This document shows positions 27,879 through 43,749 of a stretch of DNA of 64,000 nt, one piece after another (positions within the stretch are counted from its first letter, which is position 1; each line of letters starts with the position of its first letter). A program made the translations under genes and the position numbers. Origin of the DNA: Gonapodya sp. JEL0774. Its lineage: Eukaryota. The DNA is taken from positions 62,001-126,000 of the forward strand of contig JADIIX010000038.1 of assembly GCA_027604505.1 (NCBI GenBank), read 5' to 3'. The notes under the pieces were generated by a model that had not been told where the DNA came from, did no database searches, and was given only the letters and a program-made list of their open reading frames with translations.

Positions 27879-30800
27879 CTATCCATCCTTCGACAAAAAG
27901 TCTCTCAGCCTCTCCACGACCGATGCCACTTCCTCGGCGCACTTCGCTCCTCGCTCTCGGTCACGCCGCATCGTGGGGCTGGATGTCCCTGCCGAAGTTT
28001 GGAATAGCTTTACAGCATCGGAGAGGGGAGTATAGATGGCTAGTGCAAATTCTCTGTGATGGAGGAGATAGCGGGTGCATTTGCATGAAAAGAGCGACAA
28101 AGATGGCGATGGCGTCGGTATTACTCTTTCAGTACCAGCGTCGCCTGCGAACTAACCTGGGATAATTGGTTCCACCTGCACGACCCACGATACGGTCCAT
28201 GGTCTCCAATATGCGGAACAGTGAGACAGATAGTTGTCTTTATCATGACAATGGGCATCGCAGGCCACCAGTAGATGGTGGTCGGTCAATCACAACTGCA
28301 CGTAGCAACCAATGCAGTTCTCAGAACTCACTGAACAAATCCTACCACCGCTCCATTCAAATAAGCCAAAAAGGTAGCTATTTCTTTCCTCGTTGCACCC
28401 GCTTCAGTCGCTCCTGCTGCCCATCCCCCAACCCTCGCTGCCGTCACGAGTGCCTCCTTAAGGTACGTTGTACCCTTTCCCAAGACCTGTCCCAGCTGGT
28501 CCCGTGTGCCATTCTGTTGGGCAGTTTGAATAGCTTGGTTCAGCTGTTGGGAGGCTTGCTGATACAGACCGTCAATGTAGGACTTGAGGCGAGGGAGACC
28601 GATTCGGTCCATATGTGTGATTACAGTCAAGGAGAACGGAAATGATGCGTACGTCTGACGAAGCGATTCATTTCAGGTGCAAGGATATACGGTTATGTTT
28701 GTAGGGGACAAACACCACAATGCGTTCGCTTACCGCTATGACCGCCATTCCAGCGCAGAAGTATTCGTCGAACTTCTTTCCTCCCAAATAACCATCCATG
28801 AGTGTTCTGGCAGCCATAACGGACACAGCACCATCTAAAGCTGCACCTCCAACCCCTCCAGCGCGCCGTTCTGTAAGACCAGCGACTATGTGAATTACTT
28901 CGTCGTTAATAACGGAGGGTTCAAGATTCGAGCGGGGTGCTGAAGAAGATCGAGAGCGATTTCCAGAAGAAGGGGGTGGTGGGTTGGAGTCGTCGTTGGG
29001 GAGAGCACGAGACAGTAGCCGGAACAGGTTGCTTTACCGGAAGCAGTGTGTTAAAGTGTTAAAACAAAGAAAATTTTCCCACACAATGTGTCAATGTGCC
29101 TCACAGTTCGCTCTTAAGCAAGGACAAAGCTGTTTTAGAATCTGCGAGGATGTCCTTTGCTCTCCCTGCGGTTACAAGAGTCCCTTCATTCTCCATTACC
29201 TCCCTCACTGCTCTCAATTTCCGCTCCGCGTGTACCTTTAGGCTCGAGATACCTCCAACAAACACGGCTTGAGCTTGTCGGGCCACCTCTTTGGCTTCCT
29301 GCGCCGAAGCAGTTGAGGCAAACAAGGTGTTTCCTAAGGACTCAGGAGAAAGCGCCACTTGCTGCTCGGAATCAAATATTGTGGGGAAGAGGAGGAAGTG
29401 CAGCAGTGGACACAGATCGGAAAATCGACCGTTTGAATCTTGTGTGATTTCAGAGAGACGGAGACCAAGCTGAAGGGCACGTATGGGATCATTCAGAAGC
29501 ACTGGAGCAAGAATATTCTGCAGGCCAAGTGTTTACATCGAATTTGACCCGCTGTCCTCTAACAGACGAAAGGAATTTGTCCACTTACCTTGACTTCTTG
29601 AGCGCTCCACATACCCCCAATACCCCCATCCCACTCGATGCATTTGGTAATGGCCGATCCTGCCTTGACTACCTCCTCCCACTTCCCCTCACTGACATCC
29701 CTGGTCAGATTCATTTTCAACATGATCATATCCATTTCTTGTCGATGTCTTGGTTGGAGGCCACCCAACCACACACTGTCGACGGTTTTCGAATCACCAC
29801 TCAGGGCAAGTGACGGTACAGGCGATGGAAGGAGACCGGGTCCACCACCAGTCGTTCCCACCCAGCCATACCCGGGCGGTAATCTTCCTGCCACACCCTC
29901 CACATCCTTCGCAAAACCCTCCGCAACAGCAGCTAGATCCTTCTCCTCTTCCTCCTCGTCATTATACTCGCCATCCTCGCCTGCCATCTCTGCACCTACA
30001 GACACGTACTGTCCGACTCCCCAAGCTTCATGTGGAATAGATGGTGTGGGAATGCAAAGTTCTACAAGATTGCGAACCTCCAGATCCGTGGCGCCAGCGC
30101 GTCCATCAGCATCGTCGTCAGCGTCGTGTTCGTCCGAGTCCACGTCCGAAAAATCATTGTCAGAGACGTCGCCCCGTTTCCTACTAGTACGAGATGACAC
30201 AGAAGGAGTCCTTCCAGACGTAACTCGCAAAGATCTGACATCACGGCGAGTTTGTCCCGAGCCCTGAGCATCATTCTTTTTTTTAGAGCCTCGAACAATC
30301 TCAGAGACCCCCTCCCAAGCACCAGAAACCTCTCGCAGAAATACTTTTCGTTCTACCTCCCAGAAAGATTCATCAGCTCCACCCTTTTCATAGACATGAG
30401 GGACCATGCCCTCCAAGACATCCTTGGGTAAAATAGTTCGACCCAGAACCTCTCCAGTCGCGGAAGCAGCATAAACAACAAAAGGATGCGTGGGAGATGG
30501 GACTACGGCAATCAAGGGTGCGGACACTTTTTCGGCAACGGAAGAGCCTTTCTGGGTAGCGAGTGTCTCCCCCCGCCAGGCGCCGACAGGATCAGCCTTG
30601 AAGCCTCGCTTTCTTAGTTTCAATTGTCGTGATGGTCCTGTGCTCCCTTTACCTCCACGCCTTTTCCCCCCGAGTCCTCCAAACACCATGGACTTTCCTC
30701 GACCCGAAGCTTCGAATGCGTCCCACCACACGGCGTTGGCAACGTCCATGGGGTCATCATCATCCCAAATAGGCAATCCCGATGATGGATTGTAGAGTGT

Positions 30801-32451
30801 GGTAGCAGCGATGGAAGATGGGGAAAACGACCACGTGCGCATGGTACGATCGGTGGACGCCGTTGTTAGAACGGTAGCATGCGTATTTGACCATGCAATC
30901 TGTCACAGGAGCCAGTTAAGACTGTTACATTAACTTGCCATGTCTCTGTACCGCGAACTCACCCCGGTTACCGCTCCGAAGTGTCCCTCCACCCTTCCTA
31001 CGGGTCCCACACCGCTCATCCATCCTTCCCTCGTACGGCGAACGTATCGCACATCCCAGACATGAACAACAGCATCTTCACCTGCTGTCGCGACCCAGTA
31101 TGGTACGAAAGGATTCCACGCAACGGAAGTAACAGGTGCGCCGTGAGCCCCTGGGAGCTCAAACACCACACCACCAGAGGCTCCTGAAGGCGAGGGTGAC
31201 CGGTCCCTATTCGGAGAGGTGGCATTTGACCCAAGCTGCCTGATATCACACATGACCACGGAACGGTCGGCACCGCCGACGAGAACAAGTTCCGATGTCG
31301 CGGGGTGTGGGGAGGGTTTGCAACAAAGCAGCATATCGTCCGAAATATTGCTCATAGTGGACGCGCCTGTAGTTGCGGTGCAGTGTTCAACGTCCCATAC
31401 GGCGAGTCTCCCTTGTTGCACTGCCACGAAGCTCCTCGGCGGGTTGATCGACGGTGCTGAGTTGAGTCCAGGTAACGGAGACGACGATTCAATCCACTCC
31501 GATGACCAAACACGAGTTGTTCGAGACATTTTCCCGGGTTTTGACGCGAGTAGATCCTCGTTGGGGAGTTTTGGAAACACCGGTAGCGTGGCAGAGAGGT
31601 CCAAAGAGAGGTTCGAGGGGTCCGCGGTAAGTCGCAAAAACAAGACTGTGCCATCAATTGAAGACGAAAGAAGAGGGTAAGAGAGGGCTCCAGAGTATCC
31701 AGTACTGGTAGGAGGGTCAGTGCCAAAGGCCGAAGGTGAAGGTGCGGAAGCAAAGGAGAGGTGGAAAACAGGTTGCGGTAGAGTAGCGGTAGATTTAATC
31801 TTTCGGAGCGCCCCACCGATGGTCACAGGAGATGTTTGATAATCAAATTTGCAGGCGGCTTTCACCCACCACCAGCTGCTCCCCTCCACCCGATCCACCG
31901 CTGTTCAAACTCCCCCGCGGAGGCGAAACATTCTCCAAAAGAAAAAAATTATTCTGCTTGGCTCCAGAGCCTGCAGCTATGTACGGGGCACCCTGCAGGG
32001 AATTGCATATCGTCATGGTGTCGAGAGAGATGTGAGCGGGGTGATTGTCCTCACAGGGCAAGCGGCGATTGACGTGAGCCACTTGGATGTATCTGGGACA
32101 GCGACAACTGATGTGTCTCGAACGGATCTGAGTTTCATTAGAACAGCCCACGGCGAGGTCCAGATGCAATGAAAGTTGAGTTCGACCACCGTCAGGGGAA
32201 TGCATGACGGCGGCGCAAATAATGGACAAAGCACCAGTCATCAGATCCATTAGATAAAAATGGAAGTGCTTTAGTCGCAGTTCAAGCCTGGGCGACGCAA
32301 TGCCCAACAGTATCACAGCTGCCATCTTTCCACCGCACCTGCTGACCGCACTCCCCAATCCGGCTCTCCACGCATCTGTCGGTCGAGCTATCCCTGAGCT
32401 ACGGGCCGCCAGTTTTGCGATTGGTGAGGATGGATCGTCAGAGTCGCTCAT
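27879..32451 (-). CDS. large WD40-repeat protein (multi-exon; 3' end approximate)
   Basis: HGAPVTSVAWNPFVPYWVATAGEDAVVHVWDVR, VEGHFGAVTG, further WD exons and a long helical C-terminal region linked by GT-AG introns. Confidence 0.7.
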
Positions 32452-32648
32452 TTTCCTCCCCTTCCCCTCGCAATGAACAGTGATTGGTGAGGGGTTTCTG
32501 TGACGTAGTGCATTCCCAACGAATCACATACAATTCATCTATGGGCGAAAACGCCAAAAGGAAGCAATTAAAATAATGTAATATTTTTCGCGGTTCCTGA
32601 AGTAAAGAGAATGACTCCGTTTCACTTGAAGAACGAGAATACCTTCAG

Positions 32649-33590
32649 CTATGATGGAAACTCTGGGGACCACTCACCGTCTACGATGACTGCTGTTGTC
32701 GGTATGGTTCCACTAGGTCCTGAACCTCCTCTACTGTCGTTTACTGTGCTTACAGAGTCCGCACCTGGGACTGTCCAGTCCTCCCTTCCTCTAGATGCTC
32801 CACTCGTGCCCCTACTTTTCAGTCGCGTAATCTCGTCGTTGACCGTTTCCAACTCTTCCTCTAGCCCCGTTATCCGAACGTCACCCTTGACCTTTATGTC
32901 CCTGAGGTCCATGCGAATCCATTTGAGACTCAGAGCCGCCGACGATACTGCCATCACAAGCAACAGTTGAATGAAATTCATACGGAAATTGGCAAAAACG
33001 CGCGCCCGTTGGGTGGGGTTAGAAAGAACTAGAGGCGTGAAGAGGATGAGAGGGAGTATTGCAACGGGTCGCGAAGGGCGGTTTGAGTGCAGGGATGACG
33101 GAAAGTCGAGGTTGAGAGCGTGCAGGGTTGAATGCACATGATTTCATCGGGAAATGGTGGAATATGTGTTGAGTGCATTCAGGATGGTTTGTGAAAAGGT
33201 GCATCGAAGTGGAAGACATGTCAGTATTGATACAAAACATCAACCACAAGAGCACACTTGGGTCTTTCGGAAAAGCGCAAAAGGCTTTGACCGCGCACCT
33301 TCCGTAAGGTTTGTTGACAAGGGATTGGGGAGAATGATGGTCGGACGATTGCTCGGGGCAGGGGACTGAGGGGGAGGACGAGTTGACACCACCGGAGGTT
33401 CTAACGAATCCCTAGCATGAGGAACGTTCTGATGCGTGGTCCTTGTCAACGAAATGCGAGGTGCAGGGGAGGAGGAAAAGAAGCGAGGACATTTCACAGG
33501 TGAAGACGGTGTCCCTGTAGACCGAGATTGGGCAGACCGCCGCAATGTATGCAGATGCAGCTGAGAGCGCAAGTAATTTGGCGTTCGCAT
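32649..33590 (-). CDS. hypothetical membrane protein (weak)
   Basis: Exon-like segments with hydrophobic stretches (FIQLLLVMAVSSAALSL) followed by a charged tail. Confidence 0.3.
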
Positions 33591-33917
33591 CGTCGAATGT
33601 GGGTGTTATAGGCAGACTCTTTGTGATATGTATAGGTATCTCCGACCTCGCACTCCCTGCCATGACTGATTTGACCAAAGGCGTACATGCAATGTAATGA
33701 AATATCGCCGAACGTTTCAACGATCACATCCCCAACGATTCCTCTTTTCCGTAAAATCGGGGTCTCCGGATCTCTGTTGCTTCTATCGGCGGGAGCTGTG
33801 AATAAGAGACAGTTCACTCGGATACTTGGCAAACCTTCACAGAAACCGCTTGCAGCTTTCCTTTCCACTACCTGCATCAAGCTTTCCAAATTTGAACCGA
33901 TCCACGCAACGACCTTC

Positions 33918-36396
<2,479 letters not shown>

Positions 36397-36501
36397 AAAG
36401 CTCTTGTCTTATGTTTGCAAATGAAATTGATTACAATTGGCGGTTAATTTGTCTCCTACACCCCCCCGGTTCGGATCTGCCGTTCCGTGACTTTCTGCAC
36501 T

Positions 36502-38094
36502 TTATTGTACACGTGCGCTTTCAAGCGTGAGCCAGAAATCGCTCGAACTTTCAAAAAGCAACATCTCGGCTTCGCGAGTGATGTTCATTCCTGGTGGTAC
36601 CAGCAATCGGTTGATCAAGTGGGCGACCCCATTGGATGCGATGCTGGATTTTTCGAAGGAAGTGAGAACGACAAATCTCGATATACATAAAGGGTACAGT
36701 TACCTGTCCGCGAACCAAACTTCAACTTCATCATTGATGGTAATGTGCCAGCTGCAGACCGGGTTCGTTCAGGTTGATAAAACGAGCTTTGTTAAGATAG
36801 TGATTACTCACGCATTGTCTTTGATGTGAACGTCGCCTCCACCTTTTACCCACTTCAACACCTTCTGGGTTACCATTCTCTGCATTGAAGCGATCCATCT
36901 ACCGTTCCTCTCTGCTCGAACGGTGAGAGTGGCGTTTTTGTTCGGATCCGCTGTGGAAAGAAAGGTTGCTACCGTATGGTTTTGTAGGTCGTGGAGTGTG
37001 TTGGAATCTTCAAATCAGGAGAAGTAGTACTTTTTTGTTTGGAGAGTACATCCGCTGCTTCACTCACATACAAGAGACGGGGCTACGTGGTATGCAAGGA
37101 TACTCCTGCGAAGAGAAGCAAGCGGATGCAACAACCACCATGGGGGTACCACAATTCTCAAAACGAAAACGAACCTGAGTGTTCTTCGTCCCAAAGGTGA
37201 GAAGAGATAAAGCAACTCGCGAAGCGAGAGGTGACGGAAAGCTTATGCAAGGAAACAGTTAGATCTGTACCATATTCGATGATTTCTGCAAGAACTAACC
37301 TTCATTGGTGGGAGCAAACAAGGTGATCTCCTTCCCACTCTCAAAGATGGTATCGAATCCCAATCGTTGCGCAGCAGAAGTGAAAACGGACAACTCAGTA
37401 GGCAGCACGAAAGTCAAGTCGAACAAATCGGGCGGGGGGATCAGGACCCGATTTATTACTTGAATCATTCCGTTTGCGGTCTGCAGAAAGTGGTGAAGAA
37501 ATTTCAATAGCCTCGTTCAAAAGTTCACTTACACCGAGATCTTCTTCCACGATTCGAGCGAGATTGACAAAGTGTTGTCCGTTTCTATCATCACATCTCA
37601 GAGCTTGTGATCTGTTCTTCAAGGTAGGAAGAACCAGCGCAGTAGCTATCAGCTCGCCATTCAGAATGGTGGAAGCAGAAACGTTGTAGTTGAGCACGAG
37701 ATGATATAACAGAGCTTCGTGAATGATGCTGCTGTTCTTGGGCAAGCCAACGGTTCGATTGAGCTCTTGTATCGCTTCATCGGTTGGAGCGAAAAAGGTG
37801 TTGTTTGCTGAATCCATTAACATTATTAGAAGGAGCGATGAGAAAGGATTCGCGAACTACATTATTACACTTGCCTCCGACACGATTCAACTCTTGGACG
37901 ACATCGTCAGCGTAAGCTTGGAGCAAGTTTATGAGGATTGAAAATCTTCCATCAAGTTGCAAGCGTCCAAAGTTTGTAAGTGTTGCGTTCGGGACTTGTA
38001 GTACACGGTCTGTGTTGGGCAACATGGCGGCAAGAGCAGTAGTGGATCCAATACAGAGCACTGCAAACACTGAGAAAAGCTTGCACCACGCCAT
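36502..38094 (-). CDS. secreted fasciclin (FAS1) domain protein
   Basis: Signal peptide MAWCKLFSVFAVLCIG; TFFAPTDEAI..LLYHLV, TANGMIQVINRVLIPP, ITLFAPTNE, GVAHLINRLLVPP. Confidence 0.85.
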
Positions 38095-38458
38095 ACTTAG
38101 TACGCTGTAAGCTTTGGTTGGATCGTTTGAATGTGGTCACTCAGGCTTTTATGCCTGTGCGAACGCTGATGTCATGTCATTTCGCAAATTGTCGAGTTAT
38201 CTCGTTCTAAAAATGAAGGACGGCATGCGAGAATTCAATCACAAATTATTACTATTCAATAGGCAATAAATTATTCAAAAAGAAGTTCTTTTGACATCCA
38301 ACTGCTGGTCACTGTGGGTAAAATGTAATACGTCATCGTTCGACAAGTCAGTGCACCAGCCACATTCGTCATTGATTCAGGTCCCCTTTGCCCCATCCGC
38401 CGTCCAAACTCCGCGCACCACAAGCAAAAAGCCAGCAAAAGCCAGAAAGCCGGCAAGG

Positions 38459-41294
38459 ATGCAAATTAGTAGACGTCAGTCGGTGTTCCTGAAGCAGCAA
38501 GAGAGTTCAGTGCTTGATACAAACCACCATCTCGCTTCTCCCCGTCACGACAACGAGAACTCTCCGACCACTGCATCGTTTTCACAATACCTATACACCT
38601 CCAACTTTGCTACGCCAGCAACCCAAGATACGAATGGACACAACCCATTCGAATCTGCGTTCGGGGAGCCCGTAATAGGGCTTCACAACTCCGAATCAAA
38701 TGTATTGGCATACCTGGAGTCAACAGATCACACAGAGTGCACTGAAAGTTCCAAGGAGGATGCGGAATCTGCAAGGGAAGCATTTCCGACATCGCACGAT
38801 GCAGAGGGATTCGAACCATTCGTACCTGCAGCCACAGAAGGGTAAATGTGGCTAGATTCTGACCATTCATGTTGTTTTCACTAATGCTGAAACTCTTTTT
38901 CTTGTGTGCCGTTGGGGACGATCCCCCGTGACCGCTTGAGTTCTCACAACAGCTCCTGCGTGCCACTCTCTGTACTTAGTTGTACCTCCACTTCAGAACA
39001 CTCACCCACTCGACACGTATTTCTCCGGCCACCAATTTATCCGCCCCGTGTCCACGACATCCTCCCCACTCGCTCTCCTCATGAACAACATGCAATCGGT
39101 GGCTTGCTTGAGCTCCTATCAGGTGGCAGCCTGAGAGGCAGCGCTAGTAATGTAAATGGCGTGAGCTTTGGCGCGGAGAATCATATCGGGAGGTCTTTGC
39201 CTGTTTCAGAAGGTGTTTCCGCTTTGACACCAATTCATGATCTCGTGGTGGGTCTCCGGATCACCATCAAACGCTTGTCATTGGGTTTGATGTCGAAATA
39301 CTAACGTTCCGCAACTTCAGGGTGACTACTTTGGAATCCCTGTGAATAAAGTTGCTAGCGCTACCGTTGCTGCACACGCACCCAATCTTGCAGCCAATGC
39401 GACAACCTCTCATACTCCCCAGTCTCCGATAACCACATTTGTCCGGCAAGTTGCCGGCATGGCTGCCGAAGGCTTGCCCTCCGGCGTGCTAACACCCCTG
39501 CTCAATGACATGGGTTTCACCACGCAGGGAGAGCCTGGATACACACCGTTTGTTCTACGGTCTAGTTCGAGTGAGATGGGCATCGCTGACATCGCGGGAG
39601 TAAGATCAGGAGAAAGACATGTTGAAGGATCGGATGGACATGGCGCTGAACCTCTGCAACTCCCGTTATGGCAATCAGCCACCAGTCTTCCCAATGCGAG
39701 CAGTCTCGCCCCCCTCTTCAGCGACTATGCTCACCAGCCACAGGTCAACGTGTTCAATGGTGTTAGCCACCTTACCCATGAAGCTATGTACCCAAGTCCA
39801 GTGGTCTCGTCTACCAGTAACTCCGGCGTATACTGCATATCTGCACAATACCCGTATCACTATCCATCGTCCAACCCATATGAGGCATATTTCTCAGCCA
39901 CCAGCAATGCTCAGCTCTACAGATCTTTCGAGAATATGCAAGCGGGCGGAACATCTGTGCAAAGTTCAAACACAAATGTTGTTTCTCCACCCTCGCTCGT
40001 CTCCGTATCTTCACTTGGTCCGGCTCAGAATTCACACCAATTTCATCCTTTGTTCCGCTCACCTGCACTATCTGACTCGTTGATCGCCAGCTCCTCCCTT
40101 CGCCGCCGTCCCGGCACCCACTCCGTGAGTGTATCTACAGGGAGTAGCCCTCCACCTGAGCCTCCCCGATGGACAGCCATTGCATCGACGCTAGATCGCA
40201 CGTTGAGCACAATGCACGCTTTTATGCATTCTGATTCTTCCGAAACAGAGGACGATTCGCACGGTGGTAGAGGATTGCATAACATGCGTGAAAAGATCCA
40301 TGACGCGAAGGAGGTACTAAGTGGGAGTCAAAGTTGTGACGATGACAGAAACGCGCCTACCATGAGCTCGGGATTAGCAGGAGGTGCAATGGCGGCGGAG
40401 TTCGCAGATACCGCCTTTGACGGTTTGGATTTTGGAGGTATTCTGGCCGCGAATGAATATGCAGACGATTTTGAGGCGCGAGAGAGAGAATTGAACGGTG
40501 GGACAGACGGAACGGATGTAACACAGGGATCTTCTTGTGATATGGCCACATCCACGAAGAACCCCGTCGCGCCAAGCACCAGATCCCGGAAGCGGAAGGT
40601 AACCTTTAGTGTTGAATCAAATCCTGCTACATCGGCTGCACCAACTGAAGCTGGCCCAGCCTCACCCAAACCTGGTCAGCCGCCAAATTCACTTTCTTCG
40701 AGGAAGCTTAGTGCTCGCGACCGTAATGGAGATTCATACGCTGGTAATTCAAGTGAAACGTCCTCAACCCAGGACTCATCAAACGAGGAAGACGAATCGG
40801 ATGGCGGGGATATCGATGAGTTTGGGGTGGGGCCAGGAAAGCGCAAACGAGGTGGCGGATCTGGAGGTCTTGAGTCTGGAGTGATCGACGACAAAGCAGA
40901 CGGCAAACAGCGTCGGAAGAGACGGAGCTACGTGAAGCGTGATGAGCTGGACCGTCTCGCCACGAAGCCGAAGCGCAAACGCATCACCGGTACAACCCCC
41001 GAAGAGGTGCATGAGAAGAGGGTTGAGAGACGAAGAGAACGAAACAGAACCGCGGCGAGACGGAGCAGAGAGAGGAGGTGGGTTTCGAGTCATTTTGTGT
41101 TCGGTGGTTATTGTGTGAATACACCCGTTGATTATAATAGAGTCAAGTACATTGACGAGCTTGAAGCGCAAGTCGCAGATCTGGAGCGTGATAAGCAAGT
41201 GCTACGGAATCGGGTTGTGCAGTTGGAGCGGGTTGCGGGAAAGGCTGCGCCGCCCATGACAGACGAGATGAGGAGAATGTTTGGGTTGGGATAG
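38459..41294 (+). CDS. bZIP transcription factor
   Basis: Long low-complexity N-terminus; KRVERRRERNRTAARRSRERR|VKYIDELEAQVADLERDKQVLRNRVVQLE basic region plus leucine zipper. Confidence 0.85.
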
Positions 41295-41545
41295 GCGCAA
41301 GTGAATGGAGATGATTCCTCAGTCGCATCTTTTGTCTATATGAACTTTTAGAAACATTACGCATAACGGAGTGCTCATTGCAGAGAAACACGAAGATCGT
41401 AACGGGATTGGAGGTGCACAAACTAGCATCGGGTTCTCGTTGATTTGACGAATGAGAGACACAACCATAAAATCGTCAAACCAAAGGAACGGAAGAGGAA
41501 ACCTCCTCCTTCTTCACACATCTGAAACAACTACGTCTACTGCCT

Positions 41546-43050
41546 TTACTTTGCGGCCGATCTCTCCCAACACCGTTCCTTCTCTTCCGCGACTACCAAC
41601 CTCCTGAGCCCAACAACAAGGAGTGCGATCACAAACGCAGCAATGATTGAAAGCAGATCTGCATCATTCAAGCCCATAATTGACAACGAAATTTTGGGAT
41701 ACGAACTCTTCGAGAAGCAAGATTTGTTTGTCCTGTCGCAGTTGGCAACGTGAGTCCATCGGCCTGGTTCTTTGAAGAGCGATTCGAAGCAGTCTTTCTG
41801 CGTACAGAGAAGGCCTAAATTCCCCACACCCCTTGAACAATGCATGAAGCCGAGTTCTGTTTTATACATCATGATACCGTGGGCTGCATGGCAAGGTTGT
41901 GAGCAGAGGCTAAAATATGCATGGTGGTAGTTAAGACCTGGACGTAGCAGGTTGGCGTACAAGCGTCACGTGTATAGCTACTTTGTAGTAAAAAATGGCT
42001 TTGGCCGATTCCAACGTGTGGATAGTACACTACAGGTGGAGCTGTCTTCCCGTGGGCCTTGTTCACAGCGACCCGCCCCAAACCCGATCAAGGACTCCGG
42101 GGCACACGGGCTGACCGAGAGCCTAATTTGTGTAATGTAAATGCGTGATTTTCCGGAACGAATACATGGTTGGAGAACTTCTTGTCATAAGGAATGTGTG
42201 GCGAGGCGTGTGGACCAAAAGTCCTATCCAAAACCATTTCAAGCCCAGACCTTGCACCGTGCTCATCCAAAACTCCTTTCACCACTCACTTTGAGCTCGC
42301 TGGCGACCTCCGCTTGTTAAGTTTCCGTCAGTTCCTTCTAAGCCTGTTCCTGCGCCCGTTTGGTGAACGGTTGGATGAGTCGGAGGCGCCCATTTTAGTA
42401 TATCCATCGTCAAAAGAGTGTTGGTGGGCCCTCATTTAGACCAGGTGGGCGCATGGCAGGGATGGGAGCAGAGGCCAAAAACTGCACTGTGACAGTACAG
42501 ACCTGGGCGTAACAGATTGGCATACAAACCTCGCACATATCGCTACTTTGCAGTAAGAAATTAACTTTGACGAATTCCAATGTCGGCATCAAATCCACAC
42601 GTGGAGATTGTGCTCCCTGAAATGACCGTAACACCGTCCCCGGTCCCGTCAGCCGCCTGGATTGGGACCTGTAGGAGCGGCAGCCTACGGACAGTATTTT
42701 CTGTCACACACACAATCTGTGCTCTTTGTGCTATAGTAACACCTGAACGACAATGGCATTGGGACCTTCGCATTCACCCCGTTCACATCCACTCATTACA
42801 GGTTCTCACCAAGCGGAAAATCTAGTACATAATACCCGCTCCATTGAATCTCTCACTGTTGTTGCATGGAGTCAAGATTGACCATACGTGCATGTATGAA
42901 GGCCTCACGTCCACGGATGCAATAAGAGCACACCCGTGGATCTCGACAACTTTCCTCCATTATTCTCTTGAAAGGATTCGCCATCAGACTGATTGATTCC
43001 TTTGCCAGAGAGCAAACAGCCGATCGTCGCCAAACCCGGAAGCGAAAGTT
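41546..43050 (-). other. possible hypothetical gene or decayed gene (Cys-rich segments, C-terminal TM helix)
   Basis: Fragmentary minus-strand ORFs, the last ending LLSIIAAFVIALLVVGLRR; no recognisable family. Confidence 0.25.
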
Positions 43051-43749
43051 CATTGGGGCACGGTGTCCGAGGCGGTTCGGTTGTGCTGTGGCAAGCTTGG
43101 GTCATTCCCATCGCATATTCCTCTCGGCACAAAAAACAGTCGTTCAGTTCCGCGTCGTCTCATTTCCATCACCATTCACTTTTTTTTGTGCAATTAAATT
43201 TTTTTATATTTCTATCGACTTCGTACATGGTCCAGTCCTCCCCGTCACCGTCACCGTGTCCACTCAATCCATCGATCCATCGATCCATCCATCTATCCAT
43301 CCTCGAGGTCAGTCCACCACCACAACAGTCCTTGCTCCCGCCGTACCTATGCCCGCCCCCGTCCCCCCGTCCCCCCCCTCCCACTGCCGGTCCCGTCCGG
43401 TTCGGTGAGTCCGTCGGGGTCGGCTTCGGGCTCGGGGTGCCATCTGTTCCCGCCCTTGCCGCGACAGATCCCGATCACGGGACGCACCAAAAGACCTCAC
43501 GACCTCACGACCTCACGCCCTTACGCTCTCACGCCTCACGCCTCACCGACAAAAGTCAAGTCCCCCTCCGGCCCCCGGATCCAAGTCCTGCCCTGCCTGC
43601 CTCGCCTCACTTTTTCACGAGCGTCCTTCGCTTCCCCATTCCACTCCCCCTCACCCCACCCTCTCCCTATTCCAACCCCCCTCGCCCCACCCCCCCACCC
43701 CCCCACCCCCCCCGCCTCCCCCCCCAACCAACCCACCGCCCAGCCCCCC